Below the pieces are notes generated by a model. It was not told where the DNA came from. It worked only from the letters and a program-made list of their open reading frames with translations, and did not search any database. The position numbers and the translations under genes are program-made. This document shows, in pieces, positions 1 to 12,929 of a DNA stretch of 64,000 nt. The first letter of the stretch is position 1, and every line of letters starts with the position of its first letter. Source of the DNA: Chiloscyllium plagiosum (lineage: Eukaryota). Location: NCBI RefSeq assembly GCF_004010195.1, contig NC_057750.1, positions 18,988,895-19,052,894 on the forward strand, given 5' to 3'.

Positions 1-2127
1 TCTTAATAGACTGAAAGACCTCTTCTGTACTATATGATTCTATGATCACACCTTGGCCTAACTGTCTAATCCTCTTGCACTTTATGCTCCTTTCAGCATC
101 TTGCCTTGTTCCACTCTCCTCCACTATTTTTCTCACTCTTCGTTCTCCAGATACCTTTTATTATAAAGGCCCCTATTCTCTAAACTTCCCTGAATCTCTC
201 ACTCCATGTAAACCTCCCAATCCGTGTTGGTTCTCCTTGTCATCTCACACTACTCTCTGTGTTTCAGTCACAGATAAAGGCATTTGTGCTCAAATGTTCA
301 TGCCTTTCTCCATTCACAATTCCCTTCTGCACCTCAATAATACTTTGTATATCTGTAACTGGAAACAAATATATAATTCATTTTCAACTCATTGGTAGTA
401 CAGAACATGGATATTTCTGAAAAAATATGTTTAGTTGAAAGTTTTCACCTTGCACCCATCAGGACAATTTGCAAGAAATAAAAATAAAATGGAAACCAGA
501 ATTTATACTCTACGTTGATTGTTTGGGAATAGGACTCTGGGTGTAGAAGCATTGCCATGGAGAGTGCAACAATTGATGTAATTTCTGCACTACACCCATC
601 CTGCACTAGCCTTGATGGCCTAGTATTTTATTTTTCTTCCTTGTCCCATTTCCAAACTCACATCTTGGTTATGTCCTCTCATGCTCTGTTTGTTCAAATG
701 AACTATTCTTATTCTCTTGCTCCTCTTCCCACTAAATTGCTGATCACCCATTTTTTCCTTCTGGGTCGCCAATTTTAGCTGTTGTAATAAATGGATTTCT
801 CTCTTCCAGTGTTGCCAGTCTCTCCTTTAAATCTACCATCATCGTTTCTTTTCTTCAAAAAATCAATCCTTGAGCTCTCTGTTCATGCACATCCAATCTC
901 GCATTCTTCTCCAATGTTCTTCAGCATATTATACCTTCCAAATCCATTACTGTCTTTCTTGGAGCTCTGTTATTGAATTAAATCCAATCTGAATTGGCAT
1001 GACATAGAAATAATTCTTATCAAATTCATAACTGACATCCTATGGTAAATATCCTATGGGGTGGTAAACTTTCCCTCCTGTGTTTCTCAATTCATCTGCA
1101 GCTTTTGCTCCAGTCAATTACACTATCCTCCTCCAGTACCTCTCCTCTGTTATCCAGTTGTGTGGGACTACAGTCACTTGGCTCCATTCTAAACTATTAC
1201 TCATAGTTACTTACAACCTAAAAATCTTTCTGCCCCAACTGGAACCAATGTCACCTGAGGCACAGTGTTAGTTTCCTCATGTATGCAGGTAACCTCACCA
1301 ACATCTCTCTTGACTGCTCCAATTTTGTTAATTTTAAGACTAGTTATCAAACATTCAGTTCTGGATGAGCAGAAATTTCATCCACTTAGATGTTAATAAG
1401 ATTGAATTTATTGTTTGTACTCACTTCTCTATTCCCTGGGTACTGAATCTATCCCTGGTAACAGTCCGAGATTGAGCTGGCCGTTTTACCTTTGATTCTG
1501 AGAAAAGTTTCTGACCTCAAATTCAGGACATTGCTGAGACAGTCTTTTCCATTTCGAAAGCCCATATTTTTCTCCCTAAATTTCTATTTCTCTCCACTTG
1601 CCTGCATGTGCATCTTTCTCTTTCTGTCTGTATATAACTGTGTATCTCTCATTCTCTGTTTTGCCTTCCAAATATGTCTCTAGCTAGATGTGTTTGTATA
1701 TCTTTGTGTGAATTTGTGTATCCATTTGTTCCACTATATCCTCCTCTCTATATATCTCTATCCCTCTCTTTATATCTCTACTCATTTCTCTGTCTTATTC
1801 TTTATGTCCCTCTACCCCTCTTTCTCCCTATCTCATTTACTCTCTGTCTCTTAAACCTTAAACAAATAAAACATGCACACACAAAAATGGGGTGTCATCA
1901 TTTTAAATGGGAAGCAGAACTATTTCATTTCAATTAACTTCACATATGGAAAGTGAAAGAGAGAGAGATTTGAAGACAGAGATAGTGTGAGAAAGAGACT
2001 GAGAAATAGGAAGAAGGGTATGACCTCCACAAAACATCTTGTTTCTCAGAAGGAGAAAAAGAGGAACACAAAGAGACAGAAAGGGAAATGGCAAGAAAGA
2101 GGGAAATACACAAATTCACCATTACAC

Positions 2128-2133
2128 TTTATT
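2128..2133 (-). terminator. Polyadenylation signal AATAAA of the C1s-like gene
   Basis: AATAAA about 25 nt after the ancestral stop, followed by a GT/T-rich downstream stretch. Confidence 0.6.
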
Positions 2134-2158
2134 GTGATTGACAACACAATGGATTAAT

Positions 2159-2668
2159 TCAGTTCTCCTCGTTGCTTTCGTATTTCTTTATGGTTGTGTC
2201 AATCCAGTCCAGATACTTCTCCACATCAGTGTACACCCCATTAACGCCACAATTCTTGGGTCCAAAAGACACAATGCCCCTGGTCACATAACGATTCTGG
2301 TCCTGGGCCTCCTTGAACACAAAGGGTCCCCCACTGTCACCCTGGCAGGAGTCCACACCACTTTTTCCAGCACAGATCATGTTGGACTTGTTTCCTATAG
2401 TCTGGGTGCACAATGACCTCTTCCACAGGGAGTTGGTTTTCTCGTGACCTATGTCTCATGTCAACAATCCCACCATGGATATTCACCTGATGCGAATTGT
2501 CAAAGAGATGAGCAGCCGTCAGCACCCAACCATCGGATATCAGGGCTCCACCCCCATATGCAGATCCACCAATGATCAAACGCAGCTGCCAGGGAAAATC
2601 GCCCAACTCAGCTGGTCTGCCACCGAAGATGCGCCCAGGTTTAGAGGAGAGTCGGCTCATCCCACAGA
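2159..2668 (-). CDS. c1s: C1s-like exon 11: activation peptide + serine protease domain, internally deleted and frameshifted (in-frame stop at 2337-2339; ancestral stop 2159-2161)
   Basis: Frame A: VCG...R/IFGG...WVLTAAH...HPDYRKQ then stop. Frame B: SNMICAG...[10 protein letters not shown]...GIVSFG...GVYT...WI. The DIAL, PICLP and GWG segments are absent. Confidence 0.9.
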
Positions 2669-3137
2669 CTGTCAAGGGATAAAAATCAGAGCAGTTGATA
2701 TCTTCTCATAATCCTCTCAAATGCAAGACTTGCAAATATTAATTACCCAAAACCAAAGCCCTGACAGATGTTTGATTTGGGGACAGCACACAGTCAGATG
2801 GTGTCAAATTAAGAGCCGCACTACAATCCCCTCTATGTGTTGAATTAAAATGGAACCAAAGAATATCTACTGTAAAACAAAACAAAGAAACTGCAGTTGC
2901 AAGAGATTTGAAACAACGTCTACAGTTTTGCCCATTTTAAAAAGCCATCCCCATTTAATGGGATCTGATGACCAGGCAAAATCTCTCCTGAACTCTCTGA
3001 GAAGCAAGGAGCCCTGAAAGACTTGATAACCTGTTCTGAAGTTATTGCTAAGATCCTAGCTGGAGAATGATGTCTCATCCTGGGAGCTATGATCAAAAGG
3101 GTATGAAACTCTCCGAGATGATATGGAAACAGATTGA

Positions 3138-3370
3138 GCAGATTGGTGTCGAGTGTGGTGCTGGAAATGCATAGCAGGTCAGGCTGCATCTGAGGAGCAG
3201 GAAAATCGATGTTTTGTGCAAAAGCCCTTCTTGATGAAGGGCTTTTGCTGAAACATCAATTTTCCTGCTCCTCAGATGCTGCATGACCTGCTGTGCTTTT
3301 CCAGCACCACACTCTTGACTCTAATCTCCAGCATCTGTAGTCCTCACTTTCACCTGGGCAGATTGGTGTC
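3138..3370. mobile_element. Penelope-type terminal inverted repeat (fold-back) insertion
   Basis: gtgtggtgctggaaa...gcccttc / gaagggc...tttccagcaccacac inverted arms; flanking direct repeat gcagattggtgtc (3138-3150, 3358-3370). Confidence 0.7.
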
Positions 3371-3743
3371 AAGGACAATAAACTTATAGTTACTGCTGAG
3401 CGATTGGATAAGCCGGAATTGTTCTCCCTAGAGCTGAGAAGGTAAAGAGGAGATTTAATTCTAGTGTTCAAGATTGTTGGATTTTGAAAATCAAGAAAGT
3501 AATGTCTCTGTAGCAGGAGGCTTGGTAAATAGACGAGTAGATATATGATGTTGGCAAAAGAAGCTGTAGCAGGAGGAAATACTTTGTTGGGCAATGGGGA
3601 AAGAGCAGAGGGGAGTGCTTTTAATTTAAAATTTCTGCATACAAGCCAGTAGAGGCACGACAGGCTGACTGATCTCCTTGTAGGTGGTATTAATTAATGA
3701 TTTCATGTTGTCTTTCTCTTAATGTATTTTGTTAAATATTTAC

Positions 3744-3821
3744 CTGGTTTACACTTGGGCATGGTCGTCTGGTGACTCGTAACGTCCACCCATTCAGCAT
3801 CAGCCGAGCATTCGAAGACAG
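3744..3821 (-). CDS. c1s: C1s-like exon 10: CCP2 C-half (VFECSADAEWVDVTSHQTTMPKCKP)
   Basis: ccAG acceptor, GTAAAT donor; 78 bp phase 1-1, joins to VCG of the last exon. Confidence 0.92.
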
Positions 3822-4479
3822 CTGGTGGAGAGAAGAATGTAAAGGGAGAGGGCTATCTATTAGAGAGAAGGCTACATAAAATTACATCCTTTTTCCCAAA
3901 TGGGCTCATGGGGTCATTGCCCCTGGTCATTGTGGATGTTCTTGATTTTAATGCACACCATTCATATTCTGTAACTATCTTCTACTTATCCTACAGCAAG
4001 TTGCTGAGGAGGCAGTGCTGTAGTTTTGACTGTGAGTTCTGTTGCTGCAGTTTGTGGGGACTCTCCAATTTTCTTAAATTGGCCTCATAAGCACTCACTG
4101 CCTTTAAGGGTGGCAGAGGTAGAAACTTTCATAACATTTAAGAAGTATTTAGATGTACATTTGCACACATGCAACGCTATGGGCCAATTGCTGGAAAATG
4201 GGATTAGAGTAGAATCATAGAATCCCTGCAGTGTGGAAGCCAGCCATTTAGCCCGTTGAGTTCACACTGACTATCTGAAGAGCATCCCATCAAGACCCAC
4301 ACTATCTCTGTAACCCCGCATTTCCCATGGCTAATTCAGCTAGCCTGCACATCCCTGGACACAATGGACAATTTAGCATAGCCAACCCTCAAATCACATC
4401 AGGTAAAGACTGGTTTTTGACTGGTGTGGACACAACGGGTTGAAGGGCCATTTTCCATGCTGTAGATGTTTTTGGCTCT

Positions 4480-5420
4480 GTGATCCTGCATGTAGTGCAC
4501 TGTGGTCCTTAGCATAAACTGATTCTTGCCAGCTCTTTCTGACAATTGCTGCTTTTTCTGACAATTTTATTTGCCCCATCTTTGGATCTAATACTATCCC
4601 CAGTGTATTATGTTTTATTCTCCTCTATTCAGGTTTCCAACCCTTCCATTCTAGTCTAAACTCTAACAACAGCATGAGCAAACAGTCCCTTCAAACAATT
4701 TGGTCCCATTTGTGTTCCGATGTAGCTGGTCCCATTTGTATTGGTTCCACCTTTCAGAGATCCTGTCGCAATGTCCCAAAAATCTGAATCCTTCCCCACT
4801 ACAACATTTATTCAGTCCATTTATTCATCTGATCAATCAATTTTCTGTAGTCAGCTTGTTCGACCTCACTCCTTTTTCTTACTAATGTCATTGGTACCAA
4901 TATATATGATGACCATTGGTTGCTCACCCTCCCCCTTCAGAGTGCCTGCAGCCTCTCCATGATATCTTTGACCTCAGCACCACACACCAACTTTGAATCT
5001 CTTTAACTGCCTCAGAAATGCCTGTTTTTCCCCTTACTAATCATCTATCACTATCACAAAATACTTATCAATACAACCCCGCCATTCTTCTTCCTCCTGT
5101 CTTACACAGCAATGCTACCTGTGGTTCCATGGAACTGGCTCTGACTGGGTATCCCCTGAGATGACTGTGCTCCCACCCCCAACAGTATACAAAATGGTAT
5201 AAATCTTGGAGAGGGAGTTGGCCGCAGGGTATCCTGCACTAGCTGCCTTCTTTTACTCTGCCTGGTTGTCACTTATCCCCCTTCTGCAGTCTTTACCTGA
5301 TGTGATTTGAGTACCTCACTGAACGCTCTGGAAAGATAATCTCAGCATTGCGAGAGCCCAACAGTGAGCCCACCCACAGCTCCAGTTCTGAAATGGGGGT
5401 AACCAGCAGCTTCAAAGTGA
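4480..5420 (-). mobile_element. Degenerate CR1-type ORF1 (SGNH esterase-like) fragment
   Basis: Minus strand near 4885-4915 reads VIIYIGTNDI, resembling the HIGTND esterase motif of CR1/L2 ORF1. Confidence 0.4.
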
Positions 5421-5639
5421 TCCTCCACTCACACCTCAGTCACTTGCCCTACTTTATTTTCCAAAAAAGTTGACTATTCTCCAGCAGGTCCATTTACATA
5501 TTGGTTGAGAAAGGTTTCTTGAACACACTTAACAAATTCCAACACATTCAAGCCCTCAACACTATGGCAGTCTCAGTCTATGTTTGGAAAATTAGAATCC
5601 TCAACTATTGCAACTCTTCAAGGTTACTGGAAAGATTTG

Positions 5640-6775
5640 TAGCTTGGATGCTGGTTGTTATGGTTATGGGTATGTTTGTCAAGCTGGTAAGTTGATTTAC
5701 AGATGTTTTGTCCCCTGTCTAGGTGACACCTTCAGTGCTTTGGAGCCTCCTGTGAAGTGCTGCTGTACTGCATCTTCTGGAATTTATTTGGTTTTGTTCC
5801 TGCTGCTTCTGTTTGCCAGTTCCAGTTGTTCATTGTAGTGGCCGGTATATTGGTTCATGGAGTCCGTGGATGAGTGTCATGCTTCTAGAAATTCTCTGGC
5901 TGTCCTATGTTTAGCTTGTCCTGTGATCGTTGTGTTGTCCCAGTCGAATTTGTGGTCCATGTCATCTGTGTGCGTGTGGCTAATAGGGACAGCTAGTCAT
6001 GGCGTTTAATGGCTAGTTGATGTTTATGGATGCGGATTGTTAGTTGTCTGCCTGTTTGTCCTATATGTTTTGTGTGGTCTTTGTATGGAATCTTGTAAAT
6101 TACATTTGTCTTGCACATGATGGGTAGAGGGTCCTTTGTCCTGATGAGTTGTCTGAGCGTGGGCTGTTAGTTTATGTGCTGTCATGAATCTGATGGTCGG
6201 AGAAGGCTGGCTGTCAGTTCCAAGACATTTTTCATGTAGTGTGATTAGTGAGTTAGGCCATGGTATGTCCTTGTCATGTTGTTTGTTAGGCATCTGCCGA
6301 TGAAGTTGCGGGGAGATCTGTTCGTGGAAAATCATCCATAGAAGTGTTCTTCATCTTCTCTTTGTAGGTCAGGAGTGCTGCAGTGTGTTGCCACCCATTT
6401 GAACAGGATGCTAATGCAGCTTCTCTTGTGTGTGTTTGGCTGGTTGCTGTTGTAGTTCAGCACCTGGTCGGTGTGTGCAGCTTTCCTACACACTTTTGTG
6501 GTGCATTCACCATTCTGTGTTCTTTGGACCATCATATCCAGGAATGGGAGTTGATTGTTGGTTTCCTCTTCTCTCATAAATCTGATCCCTGTGACTATGG
6601 TGTCCACAATCTGGTGTGTGTTCTCGATTGCTGTTCTCTTAATGATGACAAATGTGTCATCTACATACCTGATCCAGAGTTTGGATTGGATTTGTGGTAG
6701 GGCTGTTTGTTCCAATCTTTGCACCACTGCATCTGCTATGAGTCCAGAGATGGGTGAGCCCACAGGTATTACAAC
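5640..6775 (-). mobile_element. Penelope-like element (RT + GIY-YIG region), degenerate
   Basis: GSPISGLIAD...WIRYVDDTFVII...LPFLD; the downstream region is homologous to 62670-63690. Confidence 0.88.
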
Positions 6776-7120
6776 TCTATTATTCTTACAGCTATCTGTG
6801 ATCTCCCTAGAAAATTGCTTCTCAATTTCTTGCTGACCATTGGGGATCCTATAGTACAATCCCAGCAAAGTGATCACACTTTTTTTTTCTCAGCTCCCTC
6901 TGTATATCTTCACTGGAAGACCCTCCAGGGAACATCATCTCTAAATATTGCCGTGACATTTTCCTTAATCAAAAATGCCACTCCCCCTCCTCTCTTGCCT
7001 CCCCTTCTATCTTTTCTATATCATCGATACCCCTGAACTTTGAGCTTCCAGTCCTGTCCCTCCCTCAGTCATGTTTCTGTAATAGTTATGATGTCCCAGT
7101 CCCACGTCCCCATCCACTTC
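6776..7120 (-). mobile_element. CR1 LINE endonuclease fragment
   Basis: ITLLGLYYRIPN...REITDSCKNNRVVI, typical of a CR1 APE domain. Confidence 0.65.
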
Positions 7121-7139
7121 ACAGCAATGCTAGCTCTGT

Positions 7140-8290
7140 GACTGTTGCTGACTGACGTCGGGCTTTTAGTGAGGGAGTTCTAGGATTTGGATCCAGTGAC
7201 AGTGAAGGACAAGTGATGGATTTCCAAGTCAGGATGATGAGTGTCCTGGAGGGGAACTTGCAGGTGGTGATGTTTCCATGCAGTTGCTGTCCTTGTCCTT
7301 CCTGGTGGTTATGGGTTTGGAAGGTGCTGTTGAAAGATGATTATGAGCTGTTGTGGTTAATCTTGTAGACTGTACACACTGCTACTATGTGCAGTAGTGG
7401 TGGAGGAAGTTGATGTTTAAATTGATGGATGAGATGCATGTTTTCTCTGGGATGATGTTAAGCTTCCAGACCTGCACTCCTCTGGACAAGTGGAGTGTAT
7501 TGTAACACACTTTGACTGGAACCTTTAGATAATGGATTCAATTTGTTCTCACCTTTGGGGGCAGGACAGACAGAGGCAACTTTCCACATTATTTGGTGTT
7601 GTAGTCTACGAAGACAGCACACCTTGAGGTGTGGCTAGATCTGGAGCACAAATATTCAGTATTATTTGTGGAATGTTGTCAATGCTCGTGACCTTTGCAG
7701 AATCCAGTGCCTTCAGCCATTTCTTGATATCATGTGAGATGAAGCAATTTGTCTGAAGATTGGCACCTGTGATGACAGGCACCTCAGGAGGGAGCCAATA
7801 TGGATCATCTACTTGACACTTCTGGCTGAATGTTGCTTCAATGCTTCAGTCTTGCCTTTTGCACTCATGTGCTGGGCTCCCCCATTATTGAATGTGACAA
7901 TATTGGAAGAACCTCTTTCCCTTCCAGTGAGTTGTTTAATTGCCCACCACCATGCACGATTGGAGGCGGAAGGACTGCAGAGCTTTGATCCGTCTGTTGA
8001 ACGTGGGATTGTTTAACCCCGGCTATCACTGTATAGCTTGAAAATAGGCCTGGCTGTAGCTTCACATCATTTCAGCTCACTTTCAGGTCTGCCTCACGCT
8101 ACTCCTGGCATGGCCTCTTGCATTCTTCAATGCAGCTGGATCATTCGCCTGACCCTACGGTAATGGTAGAGAAGGAGATATGCTTCGCTGTGAAATTACC
8201 AATTGTAGTTGGATACAATTCTACAGATACTAATGGCCCACTATCCATAAGGGATGCCCAGTTCTGAGTTGTGAAATGTATTTGATTCTA
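7140..8290 (-). mobile_element. Degenerate CR1/L2-related LINE fragments
   Basis: Similar to the elements at 29030-31260 (ttccaagtcaggatg..., ggcaagtggagtgtatt...). Confidence 0.5.
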
Positions 8291-9190
8291 TCTTCGACTT
8301 GAATGTACCTTAATGACTCGACCTCAACAGCCTTTTGCAGTAAAGAGTTGTGTAGATTCATTACCCTCAGAGAGGAAAAAATTCCTCCTCATCTCGGTCT
8401 TAAATGGGCCTCTTACTCTAACTTTACTGGGGATCTGGAGCTTGTTGCTTGTAAAAGGGGTCATTCCAGAAATCCTGACATCAATATTAACTGCTACACA
8501 TAAGACCATGAAAAATAGGAACAGGAGTAGGCCATTTGGCCCCGAGATCCTGCTTAGCCATTCAATGAGATCTTTGCTAATTAGATACACCTCACATCCA
8601 TTTTCCTGTTCATTCCCTGTAACCCTTGTTTCCCCTGCTGATCAAGAATTTATCTTTCTCAGCCTTAAATATACACAAGGACTCTGTTCCCCACTGCTCT
8701 GTGTGGCAAGGAGTTCAAAGACACAACACTCTGTAAGAGGAAAAAAATTCCTTCTCATCTCAACCTTAAATTGATACTCCTTAAATCTGAGACCATGCCC
8801 TCTGGTCCTAGTCTCTCCTGTGAGTCTTCTCATCCTCTCAACATTTACTCTGTCAAGCCCCTTAAGAATCAGACATGTTTCAATGAGATCACCTCTCCTC
8901 CTTCTAAATTCCAATGAGTAGAGCCCCAAGTTGTTTAACCTTTGCTCACCAGGGATCACCTTCCTGAAACTTCTCTGAACTGCCTCCAATGAAGTGATAT
9001 CTTCCCTCAAATAAAGGAACAAAAACTGCTCTCTGTACTCCAGCTGTGATTTCACAAACGCCTTGTACACCTTGGAGTAAGACATCCCTACTCTTAAACT
9101 CTCAACCCTGTGAAATAAGGACCAACATTCATGAACCTTCCTGATTACCTGCTGCACCTGTATGCTAGCTTTCTGTGTTTTGTGCACAAG
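8290..9190 (-). mobile_element. CR1 LINE 3' portion(s)
   Basis: LEAVQRSF...LGLYSLEFRRRRGDLIET...TRGHGL...RRNFF. Confidence 0.85.
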
Positions 9191-9296
9191 CATTGATGTT
9201 TCATAAACTACAAGGAATGGAGTAAGTTCCAAGTCTGAAAATATGATTTAGACTGTGTGGATGCTTGTTGGCTGCCATGAACACAATGGGTCTCAC

Positions 9297-9416
9297 CGTT
9301 TCCTTCAAGTTTATAGTATGGTTCTTCACAGCTGTACGTATTCCAGTGTCTGTAAACTGTGGATGTGAAGTTCTCACGTCCATTTGTCAGTTTACTGGGA
9401 GGTCCGCAGTTCACAG
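9297..9416 (-). CDS. c1s: C1s-like exon 9: CCP2 N-half (VNCGPPSKLTNG...YSCEEPYYKLEGN)
   Basis: acAG acceptor, GTGAGA donor; 120 bp; CEEPYY motif. Confidence 0.93.
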
Positions 9417-9604
9417 CTGTGAATGGGAAACAGTCGAGCAATAAGCTACAATCAATCATGAGACATCTATCAAGGTTCTTAATTTCAACAATAATATTTA
9501 CATATTTATTTGTTTGTTCAATTTATCGTTCCACCATTTTTCCAGTCTATTTTAACCAACTCTGTGTTTGCACCTTTCTAACTGTCTTTACTTAAGTTTA
9601 AGAG

Positions 9605-9765
9605 ACTTGTTTTAAGAGGCATTTGGACGGGTATAGAATAGGAAGGGTTTGGAGGGATATGGGCCAGTTGCTGGCAGGTGAGACTAGATTGGGTTGGGAT
9701 GTCTGGTCGGCATGGACGGGTTGGACCGAAGTGTCTGTTTCCAAGCTGTACATCTCTATGACTGT
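9605..9765 (+). mobile_element. CR1 LINE 3' terminus
   Basis: ttaagaggcatttgga...gggccag...tgtttcc...ctctatgact tail, shared with the 17960 and 26955 copies. Confidence 0.8.
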
Positions 9766-10939
9766 AAGACACCAGGTTTCACAACCTCAAATGTAACATG
9801 AAATTCTAGCTCATCATGATCACTCTTTTTTTCAGAAGGTCCTTCATTAGAAGATCATGAATTAATGCTGCTAATTCATTATTACTAACAGCCTGTTTCC
9901 TGGATTGTTCCGCAACATATCATCAAATCTACCTTTGCCAATTTGTTCATGCCAAGCAGTGTGAAGGCTAACCTATGCTGATGGTACTTTCCTTAAAAGC
10001 TGTCACTATTTCTTGATTTATACAAGTCCAACAATGCAGCTACAGCTGGGGTATCTATATGTCAAAACGGAGGCACAGTGGTCATGCCATTGAATCTGGA
10101 GGCCAGGCTTTTGGGACGTGGATTCAAATCCCACCATGGTGGGCTCGTGTAAATAAAACACAGTAAATGAATTTTGAATTGAAAGCTAGTCCCAATATTG
10201 GATAATAGTAATAACAATTAAATTATAGTCAATTATGATTAAAATTTCTCCAGTTCACTCATGGCCTTTAGGGAAAGAAATCTCTTTACCGACCTGGTCT
10301 GGCCTGCATGTCCGTCCAGACCCACAGCAATGTGATTGACTCTTAACTGCCCTCTGAACTGGCTGAGAAGCTCCTCAGTTCATGAATAGGCAACAGATGC
10401 TGGATTTTTCAGCAACATTTGCATCCAACCTCACCTTTTCTTTCTCTTGCCTCTAAGCAAACTGATTCTCCGCTTTGATCTTTGGAACCACAGTCCGCAT
10501 TCTGCCATTCTCAAACAAAAAACTAGTCCATCTCCTGTTCTGTTCTGACAAAACATCAAGTGCCCTTGTCTTCAAGATACTTAATTAGTGCGTAAATCAG
10601 AACAACCTGTCACATAAGGAGATACTATGACAGGCAGGCCATAACATCATTGAACATGGGAACATGTTTGAAATGCAGAATGACTGACTCCTGTTGTTAT
10701 GTCTCTTCCTAAACAATTATTTGATCAAAAAGGTAGATATTTTCTAATCAACATTCTAATATATCTGGAACAGGTTGGGCCCTGAACTTGTGCCTCTTTG
10801 TCTTGAGGTATGAATATTACATTGCACCAGAAAATATCCACTTGGCCAACAAGATAAGATTGAAAGAAGCAATTAATGGAGGAACGATGGTCAGAGAGAC
10901 TCCCCAGCCTATTAGAATACATTACATTACTTCACTTAC

Positions 10940-11027
10940 GTCTGCAAGAATATGAGTCACTGTTCCATGTCCCATCCTTCTGGCAATGCAGCATGGCGGA
11001 ACTGATGTGCTCTTTTTGCTTTGAATC
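10940..11027 (-). CDS. c1s: C1s-like exon 8: CCP1 C-half (DSKQKEHISSAMLHCQKDGTWNSDSYSCR)
   Basis: AG acceptor, GTAAGT donor; 88 bp; CQKDGTW sushi motif. Confidence 0.92.
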
Positions 11028-11219
11028 CTACAGGGAGCACAGTTAATGGAACAGAATTAAAGCAGTACCAAGGAATCCTTCTGCAAGTTCTCAGGAGTCA
11101 GCCATCAGCTGTGGCTCCACCAGGGGGAGTCAGAGAGCAGGGTGACTGAACGACAGAGACAGACAAGCCTTAATCATGTGTGTAGAATCACGGGATCAAC
11201 ACAGCAGGGAATGGCGGAA

Positions 11220-12690
11220 AACTTTGAAATATTGTGAAGAGGATATCACAAGTATCAAGAGGATTTCGACAGGTTTATGGAATATGGAACATGTGGCTGC
11301 AGAAATTTAATGCAGAAAATTGTGAAATGATTTAATGCAGACTAATGTTTGGTAGTTAAAATAGGGAGGGACAGCATTAGTTAAAGAGCAAGTCCAAACG
11401 TGAGGGCAGGAGCACAGGAACTTTAGAGTATATGTGCTCAAGTCAATGAATGTGGCAGCGCAGGTTGAGACAATGGTTAATTATGTATCCAGAACCCTGG
11501 GATTCAAAAACAGGGTTCTAGAGTAAGAAAAACAACAAAGTGATGAGAAAAACCTCAATTAATTATTCAACCTTGACTGAAGTGTTGTGACCACTTCTGG
11601 ACACCACGCTTTAGGAAGAATGTGAAGGTATTCAAGATGAGTAGAAAATATATGTCCTCTTGTTCTTGGAGTGAAGATTAAGAGACAATTAGATTGAGCT
11701 GTTCAAGATGTTGAGAGGTCCATACAGAGTCGATTGGGAGAAGCTATTGACATTGTAGAAGGAGCAGGACCTAGAGGAATCTGGTTTTAAGGTGACTGGC
11801 AAAAGAATAACAGCAGCATGAGAAAAAACATTTTTCACACAGTGAGTGGTTTGATCTGGCAGTACTTCCTGACAGAATGGTAAAAACAGATTCAACTGAG
11901 GCTTTTAAAAGAGAATTAGATAAATATATAATGAGTAAAAGAAACTCTGGGCTACACAGGAAAACGTGGCAAGTGTAACTACCTGCTTTGCTCTTGCAGA
12001 GGTTCAGATTGGACATGATAGACCAATTGCCTGCCTTCTGTTACACAAACCAATCTATGATTCAGTTACACTATTAAGTCCATCATGCAATGCGTTGGCT
12101 GTTTGATAGAAGTGTCCAATTAACTCCACTTCCCTGCTCTTTTCACATAGTCTTGCACTTAGGTTAAATTCAATTATTTACCCAAGTTAGTTTGAAATAC
12201 ACAAATGTATCTGTTCCAACAGTTGACTTTGAATTCCAGATGTAAACCACTCACTGTTTAAAAGCATTAGTTACTTATATCACCCCTTGTTCTGTTGCCA
12301 ATTAGCTTTAGTCTGTGTCTTCAGCCACTAGAAACAGTTTCTCCTTGATACACTATCGTTAAACCCTTCATGATCTGGAAGACCTCTGTAATACTTCCCT
12401 GCTGCAAAAAGAACAGTTTTAGATTTACCAGACTATACATATTACTGAGGCCCTTCATCCCTGATACAATTCTGGTAAATGTCTCTGCAAAACCATGACT
12501 CCTTCCTAAAATATGGAATCCAAAATTAAATACAACTCACCCCTGTGAAGGCCCAAATTGCATTTTGTAAAGATTTATCATATTATCTTTGCTTTTGTAC
12601 ACAATCTCTGAGTTAATAAAGTCAAAGATCAGTCTAATTTTTTGACAATGTTTTCAACTTGACCACAACGTTTTGTATGCGTATATATCC
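11220..12690. mobile_element. Old CR1 fragments (plus strand about 11220-12065, minus strand about 12080-12690)
   Basis: Decayed CR1 RT C-terminal and 3' motifs. Confidence 0.55.
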
Positions 12691-12929
12691 CAAGTCTTTT
12701 GGTTCTAGTTCAGGAGACTGAGAAACACATTTAGATTATTCGTAGGTTAAACTTTTGTGGCAGGTCAGTCATTGAAATATTTTCATGTGAGGTGTTCATT
12801 ATGCAAAAGAAAGAGAACCAAATAAAATTGTATGTATACCAACACAGTTAAAAACTTTTTTTTCAGTTCTAACAATTTGAAGAGTTCTATACAAATGCTC
12901 CCAAATGAAACTTCACAAAGTAAAACTTG

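Noticed and set aside
2380..2400. Possible intron or alternative splice that would repair the protease frame
   Set aside because: The Asp-containing segment is absent between the two halves and I found it nowhere else in the window; splicing cannot restore it.
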